Source: Eledone cirrhosa (taxonomy: Eukaryota). From it: a DNA stretch of 64,000 nucleotides. Of the stretch, positions 1 to 15,807 are shown one piece after another. Positions within the stretch are counted from its first letter, which is position 1; every line of letters starts with the position of its first letter. Under the pieces are notes generated by a model. That model was not told the DNA's origin. It was given only the letters and a program-made list of their open reading frames with translations, and ran no database searches. Made by a program: the position numbers and the translations under genes. Where the stretch lies: positions 33,046,001 to 33,110,000 of the forward strand of contig OZ024750.1 in assembly GCA_964016885.1 (NCBI GenBank), read 5' to 3'.

Positions 1-558
1 TACATTGTGAATTAAATAATGAAAACTTCAATTAATCTAAGGCTTTGGATATATCCCTTGTTAATTAGAAATGGATTAGGTTTTGAATTTCTGAAAGCAT
101 CAGCAATACTTTTGCATGCATTAGGCAATGTCAATACACTTTTAATTACTCATTATAAGGGTATTATCGAAATTGATCGTTACAAATTGTCACAATTCAC
201 AGAATTTTCCTCTTATTCAATACGAGGTATTCAATAATACTAAGCGTTCATTTATACACAATATACTTCTAGAAATGCGACTAGTGTAATATAGTTCGCG
301 CTCCCAAGCGATTAGTAACAACTTTAGTACTTAACGATTGCAGCCAAAACTTTTAAGACTAAGTAAATGAAAGAATTAATTATCGTTACCATTTAATTGA
401 AAATTATTTGAAAATGTAGGATAAGTTGATAAAGGAAAACAATTACGATCGATACCTATAGAATCATCCAGAATCCCGGATATATAGAGTACAGAAACTG
501 ATCCCTGTTGTAAATATATCTATACCTTATTCTACTTCTCTTTATATTCCTCTGCAGT

Positions 559-609
<51 letters not shown>

Positions 610-614
<5 letters not shown>

Positions 615-812
615 AGTAAGACCCCGACGGCTGAGCTCAAGCCGTTTCGACGGCTAATTATGAGAATAATACTAATAATGAGAATTAGCCGTCGAAACGG
701 CTTGAGCTCAGCCGTCGGGGTATTACTGGTTTCTATTACCCACTCTACTACCCCAAGTATTGAGTACTTTGGTGCGTTATGGTCCACCTGGTTCCTTACC
801 ACATTTCTTTCG
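610..812. repeat. Penelope-like terminal repeat remnant with 50-bp inverted arms, inside (TA)n
   Basis: 610-659 pairs with 683-732 (1 mismatch); 683-812 is similar to ~54262-54395. Confidence 0.65.
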
Positions 813-813
813 T

Positions 814-1373
<560 letters not shown>

Positions 1374-1576
1374 TAATAATAATAATTACGGAACAAAGAA
1401 TCAGTATTGCATCATATACATATGTAATCACATATTACATATGTTTCACTGTCGATCAGCTCGAGGAACAATCGATTATGTTCTTTCCTGACTCTGGAAT
1501 CAAAAACTCCTCAGACCTCAGATACGCGCTTTCGCTTGTAGTCTCACGTCCAAATGCTGCTGAATTATTAGACACC

Positions 1577-1642
<66 letters not shown>

Positions 1643-1690
1643 ATGAAATGACAGGAGGCTGGATTTGTGTAAATCCTTGAAAGGTTTATT

Positions 1691-1748
1691 ATACTATGAT
1701 CATTTCAATGACCGGGTTCCGTATGAATCCGGTGATATCATCAGGTAT
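1691..1748 (-). ncRNA. Minimal type-I hammerhead ribozyme (Penelope-associated type)
   Basis: Minus strand: atac-CTGATGA-(accgg...ccggt stem II)-GAAA-t-gatc-a-TA-gtat, then AATAAA. Confidence 0.6.
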
Positions 1749-2025
1749 TCGAAATATAATACGTGAATGTAATAGATAAAATCCATGGGGCTGAAAATCG
1801 AGGACCCGAGGGCGACCGCTCTTCTGTTCCTTCAACCTCAGCCGGTCGCCCTGGAGTGACGTGGCTAAAGTTTATAGTATGCTACTACCGGTCAGATAAA
1901 CGAAAACAGAAAGGGATGGGAACATAAGTTCACGTCGATCTCATGACACCAGGTAAAAGAAAGAAAGAAAGGAAGGAGAGACCATACGGAATAGACCAGC
2001 TCTATACAGTGGTGAACCTCAAACC

Positions 2026-2059
<34 letters not shown>

Positions 2060-4370
2060 GGAACTTTTTACTCGTAGAAACGAAATACGTGGTAGGCTAA
2101 ACAAAAGCATCTATTTTCCTCCCCAAACGCGCCCTAACCAATAAAATTTCGTCCTTAAGGGGAATATTGCATAATATTGAATCTAGGTGTCCGGGGATAC
2201 ATAGACAACATACCAACATGGAGAGAGGGGTCAGATGAGTGTTCGAAAACTGGACAGGATACGATATATATTTTTTTTATTTATTTATATATATATTGTT
2301 ATACTTTGGGAGGGTCATGCTGCCAATAAAAACACACGCACCTGTTGGTTTTCACTTCAATTCATTATAAATTCCCGGTTGGTTGGTTCAATAAACAGAT
2401 GGTTGTTTATAAATTGTCTAAGCTCTTTCGTCACACATGATAGCTGCAACTTGATTTCGATTAATGTCATCGCTGGATACTTAGACACTTGCATCATGGG
2501 CGTGGGTTCATAGTCCTTCTAGGGACTTGTTTATTGCCAACAATGCCATGCATCGCAAAGAATGTCACATATCAAGTGATGCCTGTACTTGAAGCTTTTG
2601 TAAGTGAGGAAGGGCTTCGCATTTACCCCCAAAAGTAGAATGCATATATATAGTTGTGTGTATGTTGGTGTGTGTGTGTGCATGTGCGTGCGTGTGTGAT
2701 TGTACAAATCACAAGAAAATAATTCAATATATTTAGTACAGTATACATATCATGTAACATTAATACCATTTACAATCGAAAGCTAAAAGAACTCAATACA
2801 ATATGTAGTATTTATTTTTGTTAGGAATTGTATGTTGAGCCACTTCAATGTTGTTCAAGTTTTCTCACAAATGCCCTCGACATTTCAAGCAATTCTCATT
2901 GAAATTATCTTACAATTAGTTAAAAGATTCAAGGAACTAATTTTTTACACATTATTGACCACGAGGGTATCGTGATGCTTGTATGTTTTTTATTTACTAA
3001 TTTACTTGCAGTAACATTTGTCGCCTCTCGAGTGTGTTATTTCAGACTGCAATTCGCTGTCAACTCTGTTGATATTTTCTGTGTTTTGTTGTTGATTTAA
3101 AAGTTTAACAAAAATATTCTATACTTTTGTCCTGTGATCATTCTGCAAGCACTTATGTATGCTTTGCCAGTTTATATTCCAACGATATAACATATAACTG
3201 CTAGCTGTCTTACGCCAACCTCGTCATTTAACATTGGACATGTAACCACATACAGTGTGGCGGCGATGTATTTGTTTGGCAATCTTTTTTATATGAAATC
3301 GGTGTCTTGAAATAGATATTGTTATAATTGGGGAGAGTCATGCTGTAGTAATATTGCCAAATTTTGTATAACACACTCACTGCTTGGTTTGGTTTCGTTT
3401 TCGCTCCAGTTTCAGTATATTTCTTTTGTATAAAATTATTTATAAATAATTTAGCTGGCAATCAATGTTTATCAATGACTGACCAACAGTTAGAAACATA
3501 AATATAAATATAAGTTCTCAAAGTTTTTTCATCAAACATTTACCTATAACATATAGTGTATTATGATCATACATTTGTAAGTTGGAATCGCAATCTTTAT
3601 ATTTCAATTCTCCATGGCATACTCCGTGATCATATTCCTCATCAAACTCTACCAATGTGTACTGTCTTCTCCTACGTTCTCTGTAATCTGATGGACATCT
3701 TTGATAACGATATTGCTATTAAGATGCTAAGATATGACTTGAATTATAATCTATGCATAGATTACAATTCAACTCTCCAGTTTTGCAAATCTCCAATCAC
3801 CTATTTCATTGACAGTTTAGATTCAGAAGCAACATTCTCACATTGAATTTCCTTCCTTTGTGACAACACTATTCGTTGACTTGCAATTACTATGGGCTTC
3901 AAAGAAATCTGCAAGTTTATTTGATTGTAAATGACTTAAAACCTAATAAAATGCAGTAGAATACATTTCCATTAACATATATATATATAGCGAAGTGTGT
4001 GTGTTTATGTATACTTACATACATACACACACATATATATATATACATACATACATATATACAAATATACATACAAATGTACATACACACACGCACACAC
4101 ACACACATATATATAAGATCCTTTTCCTGCGTTAACCTAATATATCCCTCCCATATACTGTACTGATTGTATTGTTATTTCTGTTCACCTTTTACAGATA
4201 TATATAGGGAGTGTAATTTTATACTAGCATTTTAAGGGGTCCGTCGAGTTGCGGATTATTGAGTCGGGTAAGATCGATACAGATCGAACCTTGAGCTGAT
4301 CAGTGGCGAAACGCGCGTCACCTACCAATAAATGTAATGAAGGAGTAACCAATCGTCCTTGTTATCTTTT

Positions 4371-4416
<46 letters not shown>

Positions 4417-4598
4417 CTACAATAGAAGGTCGTACTGGAAGATATGCAGTTAATTTTAATTCCATGAAATCATTCTACATATTTCAATGGCCCATATATA
4501 TGTATATGGAAACGTGAGTCACTTCATTTGTGGTTGGTGTTGTTTAATAGTTCAAATCTTTACATCAAGTTGTTATTAATATTATTTATTATACTAAC

Positions 4599-4785
4599 GG
4601 CGGTGGATTGGCAGTATAGGTAGAGGGTCGGACGCCATGCTTTCCAGCATAGTTACGTCCCTTTACGATCTGAGTTCAAATCCCGCCTAGGTTGACTTTG
4701 CCTTTCATCCTTACGGGGTCGATAAAATAAAGTACCAGTAATGCACTGGGTAATTGCTGGCCTTGTGCCAAAAGTAGAAACAATT
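4599..4785 (+). mobile_element. tRNA-derived SINE (family A, dominant in window)
   Basis: ggcggtggattggcagtat.ggtagag...gttcaaatcccgcc...gcctttcatccttacggggtcgataaaataaagtaccag. Confidence 0.85.
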
Positions 4786-4863
4786 ATTTATTATACTAAC
4801 TACGTCTTACCAGTAATAATAGCAATAAAGACTTACTATAAAGATTGGAATTATTAACGAAGT

Positions 4864-5080
4864 GAAGGCGTGTGACTGAGTGGTTAGAGAATTGGATTCG
4901 CAATCGTAAGGTTGTGAGTTCGATTCCTGGACCAGGCGATGCGTTATGTCCTTGAGCAAGACACTTTATTTCACGTTGCTCCTTCTACCTGGAGTTGCGA
5001 CCGATAGATAGTATTAGCAATTGGAAAGACCAACGGAAACATTGTTTCCTCGGTCCGATTTGACGAAAGTCGATCGATCT
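4864..5080 (+). mobile_element. tRNA-derived SINE (family B)
   Basis: A box tgactgagtgg, B box gttcgattcc, conserved tgtccttgagcaagacacttt; second copy inverted at 12198-12400. Confidence 0.8.
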
Positions 5081-5181
5081 TTTATTATTAAAGAACAACC
5101 ACCAGTGAAGTCATTCTTCTTCTCTTTTCTCACATCCATCTCACAATACCAAGGGTTTTCCTTCATTTTCCAATATATATG

Positions 5182-5214
<33 letters not shown>

Positions 5215-6367
5215 ACAGAAAAGGTCTTCCTGGTTCATATACATATGAACCAGGCATATACATATGTGTATGTGCATGACTGGGTAATTTTATGAATACA
5301 TATTTCCATGTGTGTATATATGCCTATAAATTTGTGTGTGTGTATGTTTACCACTAGTATATATATATATATAAATTTAATACAATAACAGAGATAGTTT
5401 AAAGCTAAACTCTGACTGGTAACCATCTCACTCAACAAACATTAGGTTATATTAAAATATCGACCCAACTTAAGTGTTTGGGGTGCGAACAATATGTATA
5501 ATGTGGAAAAACCAGTTTTATTATTTTATGAGATATAATTAAAGTTAAAGTATATCTCTCTTTCCAAACAATTGTTTCATTATAAGTTTTCTACAAGTTT
5601 GGGAGAATGTTTCCAGTTTATGTAGAAGCCTAATATATATTCATGTAAGAATATATTTAGGTGAGCACATATAAATCATCAGTGGAAGCCCATTAAACAT
5701 TGATATAAGAAAACAATTTCTTACCGCTGTCAAAATCATGTCCGTAAAGTTGGTCTCTCTCACCTCGAATGACCGCCAAATTTGAAATCCCAGCAGTTTT
5801 TGACTGAGGAAGTATCATAGCGACACGAAGCGGGAATGGGAGACAACCCACGAAATGAGGAAAAAAATAATAATATACACGCGGGTTAATTAGTTTTTTT
5901 GAAAACATTATCAATCCAACGTGTTTAAGAACTCAATTGAAAATAAAAAAATAAATATATGCTTGTATAAATTACACACGCATATAGATATTTTCTTAGG
6001 CTAAATCAGAAGTTGTACCCGAATAAGAACCGCTTCTCATAACCGCAGTAAATGCAGAAAGTTATGCTATAAAGGGCAAATGGGAATATAATTCTCCGGC
6101 CGAATTATTAAGAGTAAAATATAAAACACACGCGGGTTAATTAGTTATTTCAAAACCAATATTAATTCCTCGTGTAAAGAACTCAATTAATAAAAGAAAA
6201 TAAATACATATATGCATGTAATTATATACGTAGGCATATATATTTATTCCAAGCATCCACTGTTATCTCCCTACATCGATATATCATGTGACTGTTAGGG
6301 AAGTGACTGTTTCTGCACATGCGTATTCGTACAGTTGTTTTTTTCTTTTCCGTACAACCTCATTTGA

Positions 6368-6410
6368 ACCGAGCTGATGATCAGGAAAAGGTGAAACAAT
6401 TGTTCTCGGT
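6368..6410 (+). ncRNA. Minimal type-I hammerhead ribozyme
   Basis: accgag-CTGATGA-tcaggaaaaggt-GAAA-caattg-tt-ctcggt; 6-bp stem I, palindromic loop III, weak stem II. Confidence 0.55.
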
Positions 6411-6525
6411 AATGTTAAACTAACTGTTGTGGAATTACTTCTACCAAAACTCGTCCCATGGACTGAGTGCACTACTTCTACGGATATACCCCTCCAGTGT
6501 CTACTATTATATATACATACATACA

Positions 6526-6601
<76 letters not shown>

Positions 6602-6620
6602 ATGTACAGTATATGCATAT

Positions 6621-6668
<48 letters not shown>

Positions 6669-6675
6669 CAGTATA

Positions 6676-6717
<42 letters not shown>

Positions 6718-6741
6718 TATACTGTACATACATACACACAC

Positions 6742-6809
<68 letters not shown>

Positions 6810-6827
6810 ATATATATATTCGTATAC

Positions 6828-6897
<70 letters not shown>

Positions 6898-7537
6898 TAT
6901 ACTGTACATACATACATATATATATATAGATGATTTAATATATCTACTAACATAAGCGCACAGATGTACGCCAATGCTTATTTTACGTCTTTTATATTAT
7001 TGTTCTGCATCCTCCTGCATTGAACCACCTAGGTACTATGACATAACCTGTGTATTTGCTGGCATTGGCGTACATCTGTGCGCTTATGTTAGTAGATATA
7101 TTAAATTATCTATATTTATCTCCAAATCACTGATTTGTCGAGCAAACCTGCCAAAACCACTTCTACATTTTTTGGGGGGTGTTAGTAGGCGTCTGTGATC
7201 TTACCATCCCATTCCTACTGACTAGCCTCTGTGTCACGTGTTTGATTCTTTAGAATCGGCCATATGACCAGTGGCTGTGAGAATTTTCAGTACCTGGAAT
7301 CCAGTCCTCGATAGCTGTTCCATTTACCGAATTATTATTATTTTTATATGAGTCCCCAGTGTCGGCGCATTGCCTGGAGACTTGGCTGAGAATGATCTCC
7401 CTGATGACGCAATTAAATTCTCAACAGTTCATTACGTAACTGTCTTTATCCCATTGCAGAAACTAATTAGTTGGAGTTAAAATTTAAGTAAGTAAGTTAA
7501 TTTTTTTTTAAATTATCTTATTTTGCGTCTTTTATAT

Positions 7538-7580
<43 letters not shown>

Positions 7581-7591
7581 GTCTTTTATAT

Positions 7592-7635
<44 letters not shown>

Positions 7636-7668
7636 ATATTATATATACATACATACATGCATATATAT

Positions 7669-7715
<47 letters not shown>

Positions 7716-7746
7716 ATGTATGTACACTATATGCATATATATGTAA

Positions 7747-7788
<42 letters not shown>

Positions 7789-7806
7789 CAGTATATGCAT
7801 ATATAT

Positions 7807-7858
<52 letters not shown>

Positions 7859-7876
7859 CAGTATATGCATATATAT

Positions 7877-7942
<66 letters not shown>

Positions 7943-7960
7943 CAGTATATGCATATATAT

Positions 7961-8010
<50 letters not shown>

Positions 8011-8026
8011 CAGTATATGCATATAT

Positions 8027-8086
<60 letters not shown>

Positions 8087-8100
8087 ATATGCATATACTG

Positions 8101-8156
<56 letters not shown>

Positions 8157-8187
8157 AGTATATATTTATATATATATGCATATAGTG

Positions 8188-8233
<46 letters not shown>

Positions 8234-8357
8234 ATATATGCATGTATGTATGTATATATAATAGTAGACACTGGAGGGGTATATCCGTAGAAGTAGTGCA
8301 CTCAGTCCATGGGACGAGTTTTGGTAGAAGTAATTCCACAACAGTTAGTTTAACATT

Positions 8358-8400
8358 ACCGAGAACAATTGTTTCACCTTTTCCTGATCATCAGCTCGGT
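8358..8400 (-). ncRNA. Minimal type-I hammerhead ribozyme (inverted copy of 6368-6410)
   Basis: Exact reverse complement of 6368-6410. Confidence 0.55.
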
Positions 8401-8955
8401 TCAAATGAGGTTGTACGGAAAAGAAAAAAACAACTGTACGAATACGCATGTGCAGAAACAGTAACTTCCCTAGGGGAAGGTAAACCCATGATAGATCGAT
8501 GTAGGGAGATAACAGTGGATGCTGTGAATAAATTATTCATGTTATTCAGAATATTATATACTGTTCATGTTAGTCAATATCGAACTTTGTGATTACGTAA
8601 TAGGTATTTCCAGACGTGAGAACGACGTGAAAAAAGTTAATTCCTTGAATTTAGACAAGCACTATTAAGTAATCTCAGGATATTGATTCTTCTTCTATGC
8701 ACAGACCACAAGACGGATTCCCATTTGTCTATGTCTTAGACCTACTAATAACTTTACATTGGATGGAATAATCTACGCCTGTGTCATTGAGGGACCATAC
8801 GTAACTCGCGAGCCTTGGGGAAGTAACTATTTCTCCACATGCGTATTCGTGTAGTGGTTTTTCTTTTTCCGTACTACCCCATTTAAACCAAGATGATCAT
8901 CCGAATAAGGTGAAATAATTACTCTAGGTAATGGTGAACTAACTGTTGTTGAACT

Positions 8956-9084
<129 letters not shown>

Positions 9085-9259
9085 ATTATAATAACAGATT
9101 AAAGTTTAATGAAAGAATCGCAGCTTTCACCCTTAACGAGATCTTCTGAAACTAATATTTGCTCTACAGTTCTTATATATTTGATATATATTTATTCTTA
9201 CCGAGCCCTCTTTGGATTTTAGTCTTCAAATTTATTATTATTACTATATATATATATAG

Positions 9260-9325
9260 CTAGGTAGAAGTTGTTACACATCAGTTAGTCACCATACCGA
9301 GAACAATTGTTTCACCTTAGCGGAT

Positions 9326-9406
<81 letters not shown>

Positions 9407-9471
9407 GATCCGCTAAGGTGAAAGAATTGTTCTCGGTATGGTGACTAACTGATGTGTAACAACTTCTACCT
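9260..9471. repeat. Inverted repeat (~67-bp arms) around a (TA)n spacer, same family as 6245-6530
   Basis: taggtagaagttgttacac...gcggatc (TA)n gatccgc...aacaacttctaccta. Confidence 0.85.
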
Positions 9472-9632
9472 AAATCGTACCATGGACTGAGTGCTCTACC
9501 ACTACGGATATTACCTTCCAGTGTTCTACCACTATATATATATATATAAATATATTATGTAATAGATCTCTAACATAAATAGATCACTCTCCTTTCCTTT
9601 ACTTTTCCTTCGGAAATACTTCATGTATACTT

Positions 9633-10260
<628 letters not shown>

Positions 10261-10316
10261 TTCGTTTCTGAATTTGTTTAGCAAGATTCTTTATCTGAAA
10301 TCGTGTGTTGAAACCG

Positions 10317-10833
10317 ATATTGTTATACTTTGGGAGGGTCATGTTGCCAATAAGAAACACACGCACCAGTTGCTTTCACTTCAATTTAATTTATTATATA
10401 TTTATAAATTTACAAATTTATAAATTTCTGGTTGGTTGGTTGGTTCCACAACCAGATAGTTGTTTATATATATATAGTCATAGTTCTTTCGTCACACACT
10501 CTGTGACCTCTTCAGTGACTGGGGATTTCTTTCTTCGTTTCTGTGCCTTTCTTTTCTTCTATCCTACGCCATTTTGTTTGGCGTAGGATAGAAGAAAAGA
10601 AAGGCACAGAAACGAAGAAAGAAATCCCCAGTCACTGAAGAGGTCACAGAGTGTGTGACGAAAGAACTATGACTATATATATATAAACAACTATCTGGTT
10701 GTGGAACCAACCAACCAACCAGAAATTTATAAATTTGTAAATTTATAAATATATAATAAATTAAATTGAAGTGAAAGCAACTGGTGCGTGTGTTTCTTAT
10801 TGGCAACATGACCCTCCCAAGGTATAACAATAT
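10317..10833. repeat. Near-perfect 517-bp palindrome
   Basis: Arms 10317-10571 and 10579-10833, 7-nt loop ttttgtt, one mismatch seen; arm family also at ~2295-2440 and ~59200-59250. Confidence 0.95.
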
Positions 10834-10852
10834 ATATATATATATTCATATA

Positions 10853-10891
<39 letters not shown>

Positions 10892-10895
10892 TATA

Positions 10896-10968
<73 letters not shown>

Positions 10969-10976
10969 TATATATA

Positions 10977-11021
<45 letters not shown>

Positions 11022-11027
11022 TATATA

Positions 11028-11059
<32 letters not shown>

Positions 11060-11105
11060 TCATATATATATATATTATATATATATATATATATATTCAT
11101 ATATA

Positions 11106-11137
<32 letters not shown>

Positions 11138-11251
11138 TCATATATATATATATTATATATATATATATATATATTCATATATATATATATTATATATATA
11201 TATATATTCATATATATATATATTATATATATATATATATATTCATATATA

Positions 11252-11336
<85 letters not shown>

Positions 11337-11520
11337 TATACATATATATATGTGTGTGTGTCTACATATATATATATATATACACACACACAAGCACACA
11401 CATACATATATGTTTTGCAAGAGATGTTAACATGAATGGACCTATTATTTTTATCTAAAGACATTTTTCCAATACCATCTCGCCCGTCCCCTTAATCTAT
11501 TTCATTTCTCATTCTTCCTT

Positions 11521-11550
11521 CTGATGAAGAACTAGCGTCCGAAACGTTAG
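11521..11550 (+). ncRNA. Degenerate minimal hammerhead core
   Basis: CTGATGA-agaactagcgtcc-GAAACGTTA with AATAAA downstream; stem I pairs poorly. Confidence 0.4.
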
Positions 11551-11632
11551 TACTCTCTTCCTGCTATATCAAGCGTTAACCTAATAAATACCGTCCATAT
11601 ACTGTACCGATTGTGTTGTTATTTATGTTTAG

Positions 11633-11732
<100 letters not shown>

Positions 11733-12125
11733 CTAATAAGTTGTGTGTATTAGGCTATTATTTCTAGACAATCCACTCACACTTCTTTTGAATTCCAGCG
11801 CACGAGGTGAAATATTCATTCGTGGCTGTTATCATTAGGTGTTTGTCGCATTTAATCTAATTCTCTCGCCGATGATGCCCACGGATTATCTGTTGCAAAC
11901 ACACTCAGGGCGAAACAGATTAAATCCCTAATCTGTCCGGGAGATGTAATAGTTATTGAGGCGGTCTGTATATATTTCTCTTATGTATTTTCTGTCGGCT
12001 TCATGATTAAATATTTCAAACAAATGTGGCTTTTCAACCCTCGTAATTTTAGACACACGATTTACTGTGTTTATTACTACATATATTATTATTATTATAT
12101 ATATATATATATATAGTCGATCGAT

Positions 12126-12197
<72 letters not shown>

Positions 12198-12199
<2 letters not shown>

Positions 12200-12399
12200 A
12201 TCGATCGACTTTCGTCAAATCGGACTGAGGAAACAATATTTTCATCGGTCTTTCCAGTTGCTAATATTATCTATCGGTCGCAACTCCAGTTAGAAGGAGC
12301 AGCGGGAAATAAAGTGTCTTGCTCAAGGACATAACGTATCGCCCGGCTCAGGAATCGAACTCACAACCTCAAGATTGTGAATCCAATTCTCTAACCACT

Positions 12400-12400
<1 letters not shown>
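12198..12400 (-). mobile_element. tRNA-derived SINE (family B)
   Basis: Reverse complement of ~4875-5080. Confidence 0.8.
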
Positions 12401-12465
<65 letters not shown>

Positions 12466-13823
12466 AGAGAGAGAGAGAGAGAGGGAGAGGGGGGGGGGAG
12501 TTCAAAGTGTATTTGGTGTTTGATATGTACACAGAAAATTGATTCAGTTTTAGATAGGAATGATTAAGTGACATCGCTACGGAATTAAAAGCTATTTTAA
12601 TTAGTAAATGAATATTGATTATAACAAAAATTCAATAGGGCACATTCCAAGTAATTTCAAATGATTAGTAAAGCTATTTAATGTCAAGACATTGAAATAG
12701 CAAGTGACGCTATATCATACGATCTCATTAATATGCACAAGAATACGAGATACTTTTCTAACATTTGACCCTTTCTTTACTTATTCCGTCGTAACATGAG
12801 TCTAATTCCAACACCACAAAATATATCACTGGCAAGTAGCAATTACATTAATGGAAACAGACAGTAAGATGTAGTTGGCTCATTTCCACAAAAGATAATT
12901 TCAATTCGTCTATAATTTCCTTTATCAGGGAAAGTGACTCATATATATATGTGACATATGGTAATCCATTTGAGTCAATAACCTATTCTGTCCCATCTAT
13001 CCATTTATTTTGTTTCATCAAGCTTAAGAGGTTTTGCCGGAATACACAATACATTGTTTAGCGAAGCTTCTTCATTCTGCTTTTATCTTCTTAGTTATAT
13101 TGTTTTAGATGTTTAGACTTTTTATATATGTTGAAAAGGAGGAAACGAAACCCAGTTGAACTTCTATCTCCATAAAATACTCATTTAAATTCTTGTCGTC
13201 CATCTAATTTTGACGTGATGCCAAAATCAGAAATGGCCACATTGCTTTCTGTCATAAATACCAAGGACGCCATATCTCTCAAGTAATAGATATTTAACTT
13301 TGACTCGTCAACGTATCGCCATATTGATATTTTAGTTCTCACACAAAGAAAACCAGAACTGTAAGTATATTGTTTCCAATTACCATAAAATAAATTTGCT
13401 ACTTGAGTAACACGAAGAGACGGGGAAATTAATTGTGTGTTCTCAACAGTCATTTTATTAACTTGGGTCATCAGACTTTGTTGCATTAGATGCAGTTTTG
13501 TTTACTGAATGGTCAGGACTGACGAAACAAATAGACTAAACAAAGGACTGACAAGATTTGTTTTTTACACGCAGAAATGCCCATTTGTACCGTCCTGTAT
13601 TGTCCTGCACTGTCCTTAATGTCTACTTTATGTAAACCCTTGTGGTTAATAAAGAAATCATTATTATTATTATTATTATTATTATTCATATAATGTAACA
13701 TAAATTACCAGTAACACACTGTGATCGATTTAATCGGCTTTCCCCTTCTCCAAAATTGTTGGTTTTGTGCCTAAATCAGAAACCATTATTATTCACACCA
13801 AAGCAACATCTTTATCAAAAGTA

Positions 13824-14075
13824 TCTTCTTCTTCTTCTTCTTCTTCTTCTTCGCCCACTTATTCCTGAGAGGGTCGTGGGAGTAGAGTCCTCAAACACTC
13901 CTTCCAGTGGGTCTTGCGAGAAGTCACCTTCTCCAATTGATCTGGATGGATCCCCAAGTGAGACCAGCCAAGCTCATGTATGTTATCCAACCATCTTGCT
14001 CGGGGTCTACCCCTGGGTCTGTTGTGTGTAAAATCTCTCCAGTGATTCTTTCCTGAGACATTCTAACCAGATGTT
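13824..14075 (-). mobile_element. RTE-like LINE 3' end with (GAA)n tail
   Basis: Minus frame reads RPRGRPRARWLDNI...W; (ctt)n tract at 13824-13851 is the tail. Confidence 0.7.
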
Positions 14076-15179
14076 CATAGAAATGACATGCAAAGTTAAA
14101 TAAACAACACAGTTTAATATAACCAACTAGTAAAACAAACAATATACTACGAGGATCACATATAAAACAACACAAATGAAAATATAGATAAAAGTTAATA
14201 GAAGGAAATTTTAAGAATAGGAATTTCGAACGATGGAAATCACAGGCATGACAATGTAAATGTGGAAACAATCAAAAGTTTTAGTTGAAAGAAAATTTTT
14301 CTATGGACGAACAAATAATCAAACAATGAAGAATATTTCAAAGACGAAATAACAAGAAGCAATCACAGGCCTGCCCATCACATACTTAAATAAAACAGAC
14401 ATCTATCAACAGATTAACGAAATATCTATGAGAAGCAGCAACGACAGATTACAAAAGGGTGTGGGGATTTCTTCAGATCTACTCATACAGAAATATCAAG
14501 TTCAAGAAAACAATTTAAAAAAACATAAAAATAAGAATAGAAAGTAAAATAAAGAATCTCCCAATACTTATTAATATCAATAAAGAAACTTTAATTGATA
14601 ACATAATAGAGTCAAATATTGGTGAAATTTATATAAAGTACCCGAAATCAAAGAAGGTTTGAAACAAAGGATCCCTCAGTATGAAAAGCAACGAGAATTG
14701 TTTGAGCAAAACAAAGAGTCCACCTACGACTCTAAATAGTTTTATCAACAACCATGTAAAACTTAAATAAAACTCAATGCAGCACCAACTGTAAAAAAAC
14801 AAAACAGATGGATGCTTTATGTAGTGTGTAGATAGTGAAAAAAAAATAACATACAATAACAAAAGACATCCTTTAAACAACGAACAATCTTCTACGTAAA
14901 CGTGGGAGGCCATATTAATATCTGAAGTACTTCACATGTCACAGATAACAAATATTTGATGGGTGTCAAGAAACGATGAGAGCCTAAAGTTCTATTTAAA
15001 ACATGCAATAGGGTTATTTAAGGAGCTAGCAGATGTTTAATAAGATACTGAAGGAGATGAAAATAATAATGACAAAAAAAACAACGTCATATCAACAAGT
15101 CATAAGCACCAAAGACACATACAAACCATCCCAAAGTTAATAAACTACGACCGAAAATGATAAAACAATCTAATTTTCT

Positions 15180-15520
15180 GCAGAGAAGAAAAGGTGCTGT
15201 AACGACATCCGGGTATAGTGTAATTATCAGTCAAAGATCTATCATCTGAGAAAAGAAGTTTGAACGTTTTACATGGATTGACTACCAGAAGGCTTTTGAC
15301 ATCGTTGTTACTGAAAATATTAGACACCAGTTAGGTAGTGTTGACATGAAACAGATAGAGTATTCAAACCACGAGTAAATGACAAAGAATTGGCAGACTC
15401 AAACCAAAGTATAGATTATCAAATAAAAACCTTATGCATACCATGTAAAGAGAAATGTTCCAGATGGATAACTTCTACTAAGTTCCACACCTCGGTGCTA
15501 ACATCTTTCAACAACATAGC
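15180..15520 (+). mobile_element. Highly degraded non-LTR reverse transcriptase remnant
   Basis: tggattgactaccagaaggcttttgac = WIDYQKAFD; surrounding frames broken. Confidence 0.5.
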
Positions 15521-15807
15521 AAACAAGAATGAGGAGACCACCGATGTTTGAGATCTGGGGAGATAGAAACAACGTGGTTAATTGCTTTGTTATGTGAACC
15601 TAGAACTGGAGTTAACTCTAGTCGATGTGTGGAGTGATATATCTTCAGTCATTAGTGGCAGAGATTATTGCATAATCGGTGCTGACGCTATTATATGAAA
15701 AGTAGGACTAAAGGGATGCTAGTTACAGATGTCACAATGAAGATGTCAGAAAACTTATGTGTATCTATTGTAAAGTTTAACATAATATTACATCTAAACA
15801 TCTAAAG

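Larger units (their letters stand above)
6245..8533. repeat. Large inverted duplication (~285-bp unique arms plus mirrored microsatellites)
   Basis: ~6245-6530 is near-identical in reverse to ~8238-8533; nested hairpin 6925-6977 / 7062-7114; diverged family copies at ~8815-8960 and 9260-9530. Confidence 0.9.

Noticed and set aside
4290-4335. Hammerhead 3' half (cgaaacgcgcgtca + AATAAA)
   Set aside because: No correctly placed CTGANGA box or stem I; at most a decayed Penelope-type end
4864-4935. tRNA gene
   Set aside because: A and B boxes present but it runs into a SINE body and recurs at 12.2-12.4 kb; no clean cloverleaf
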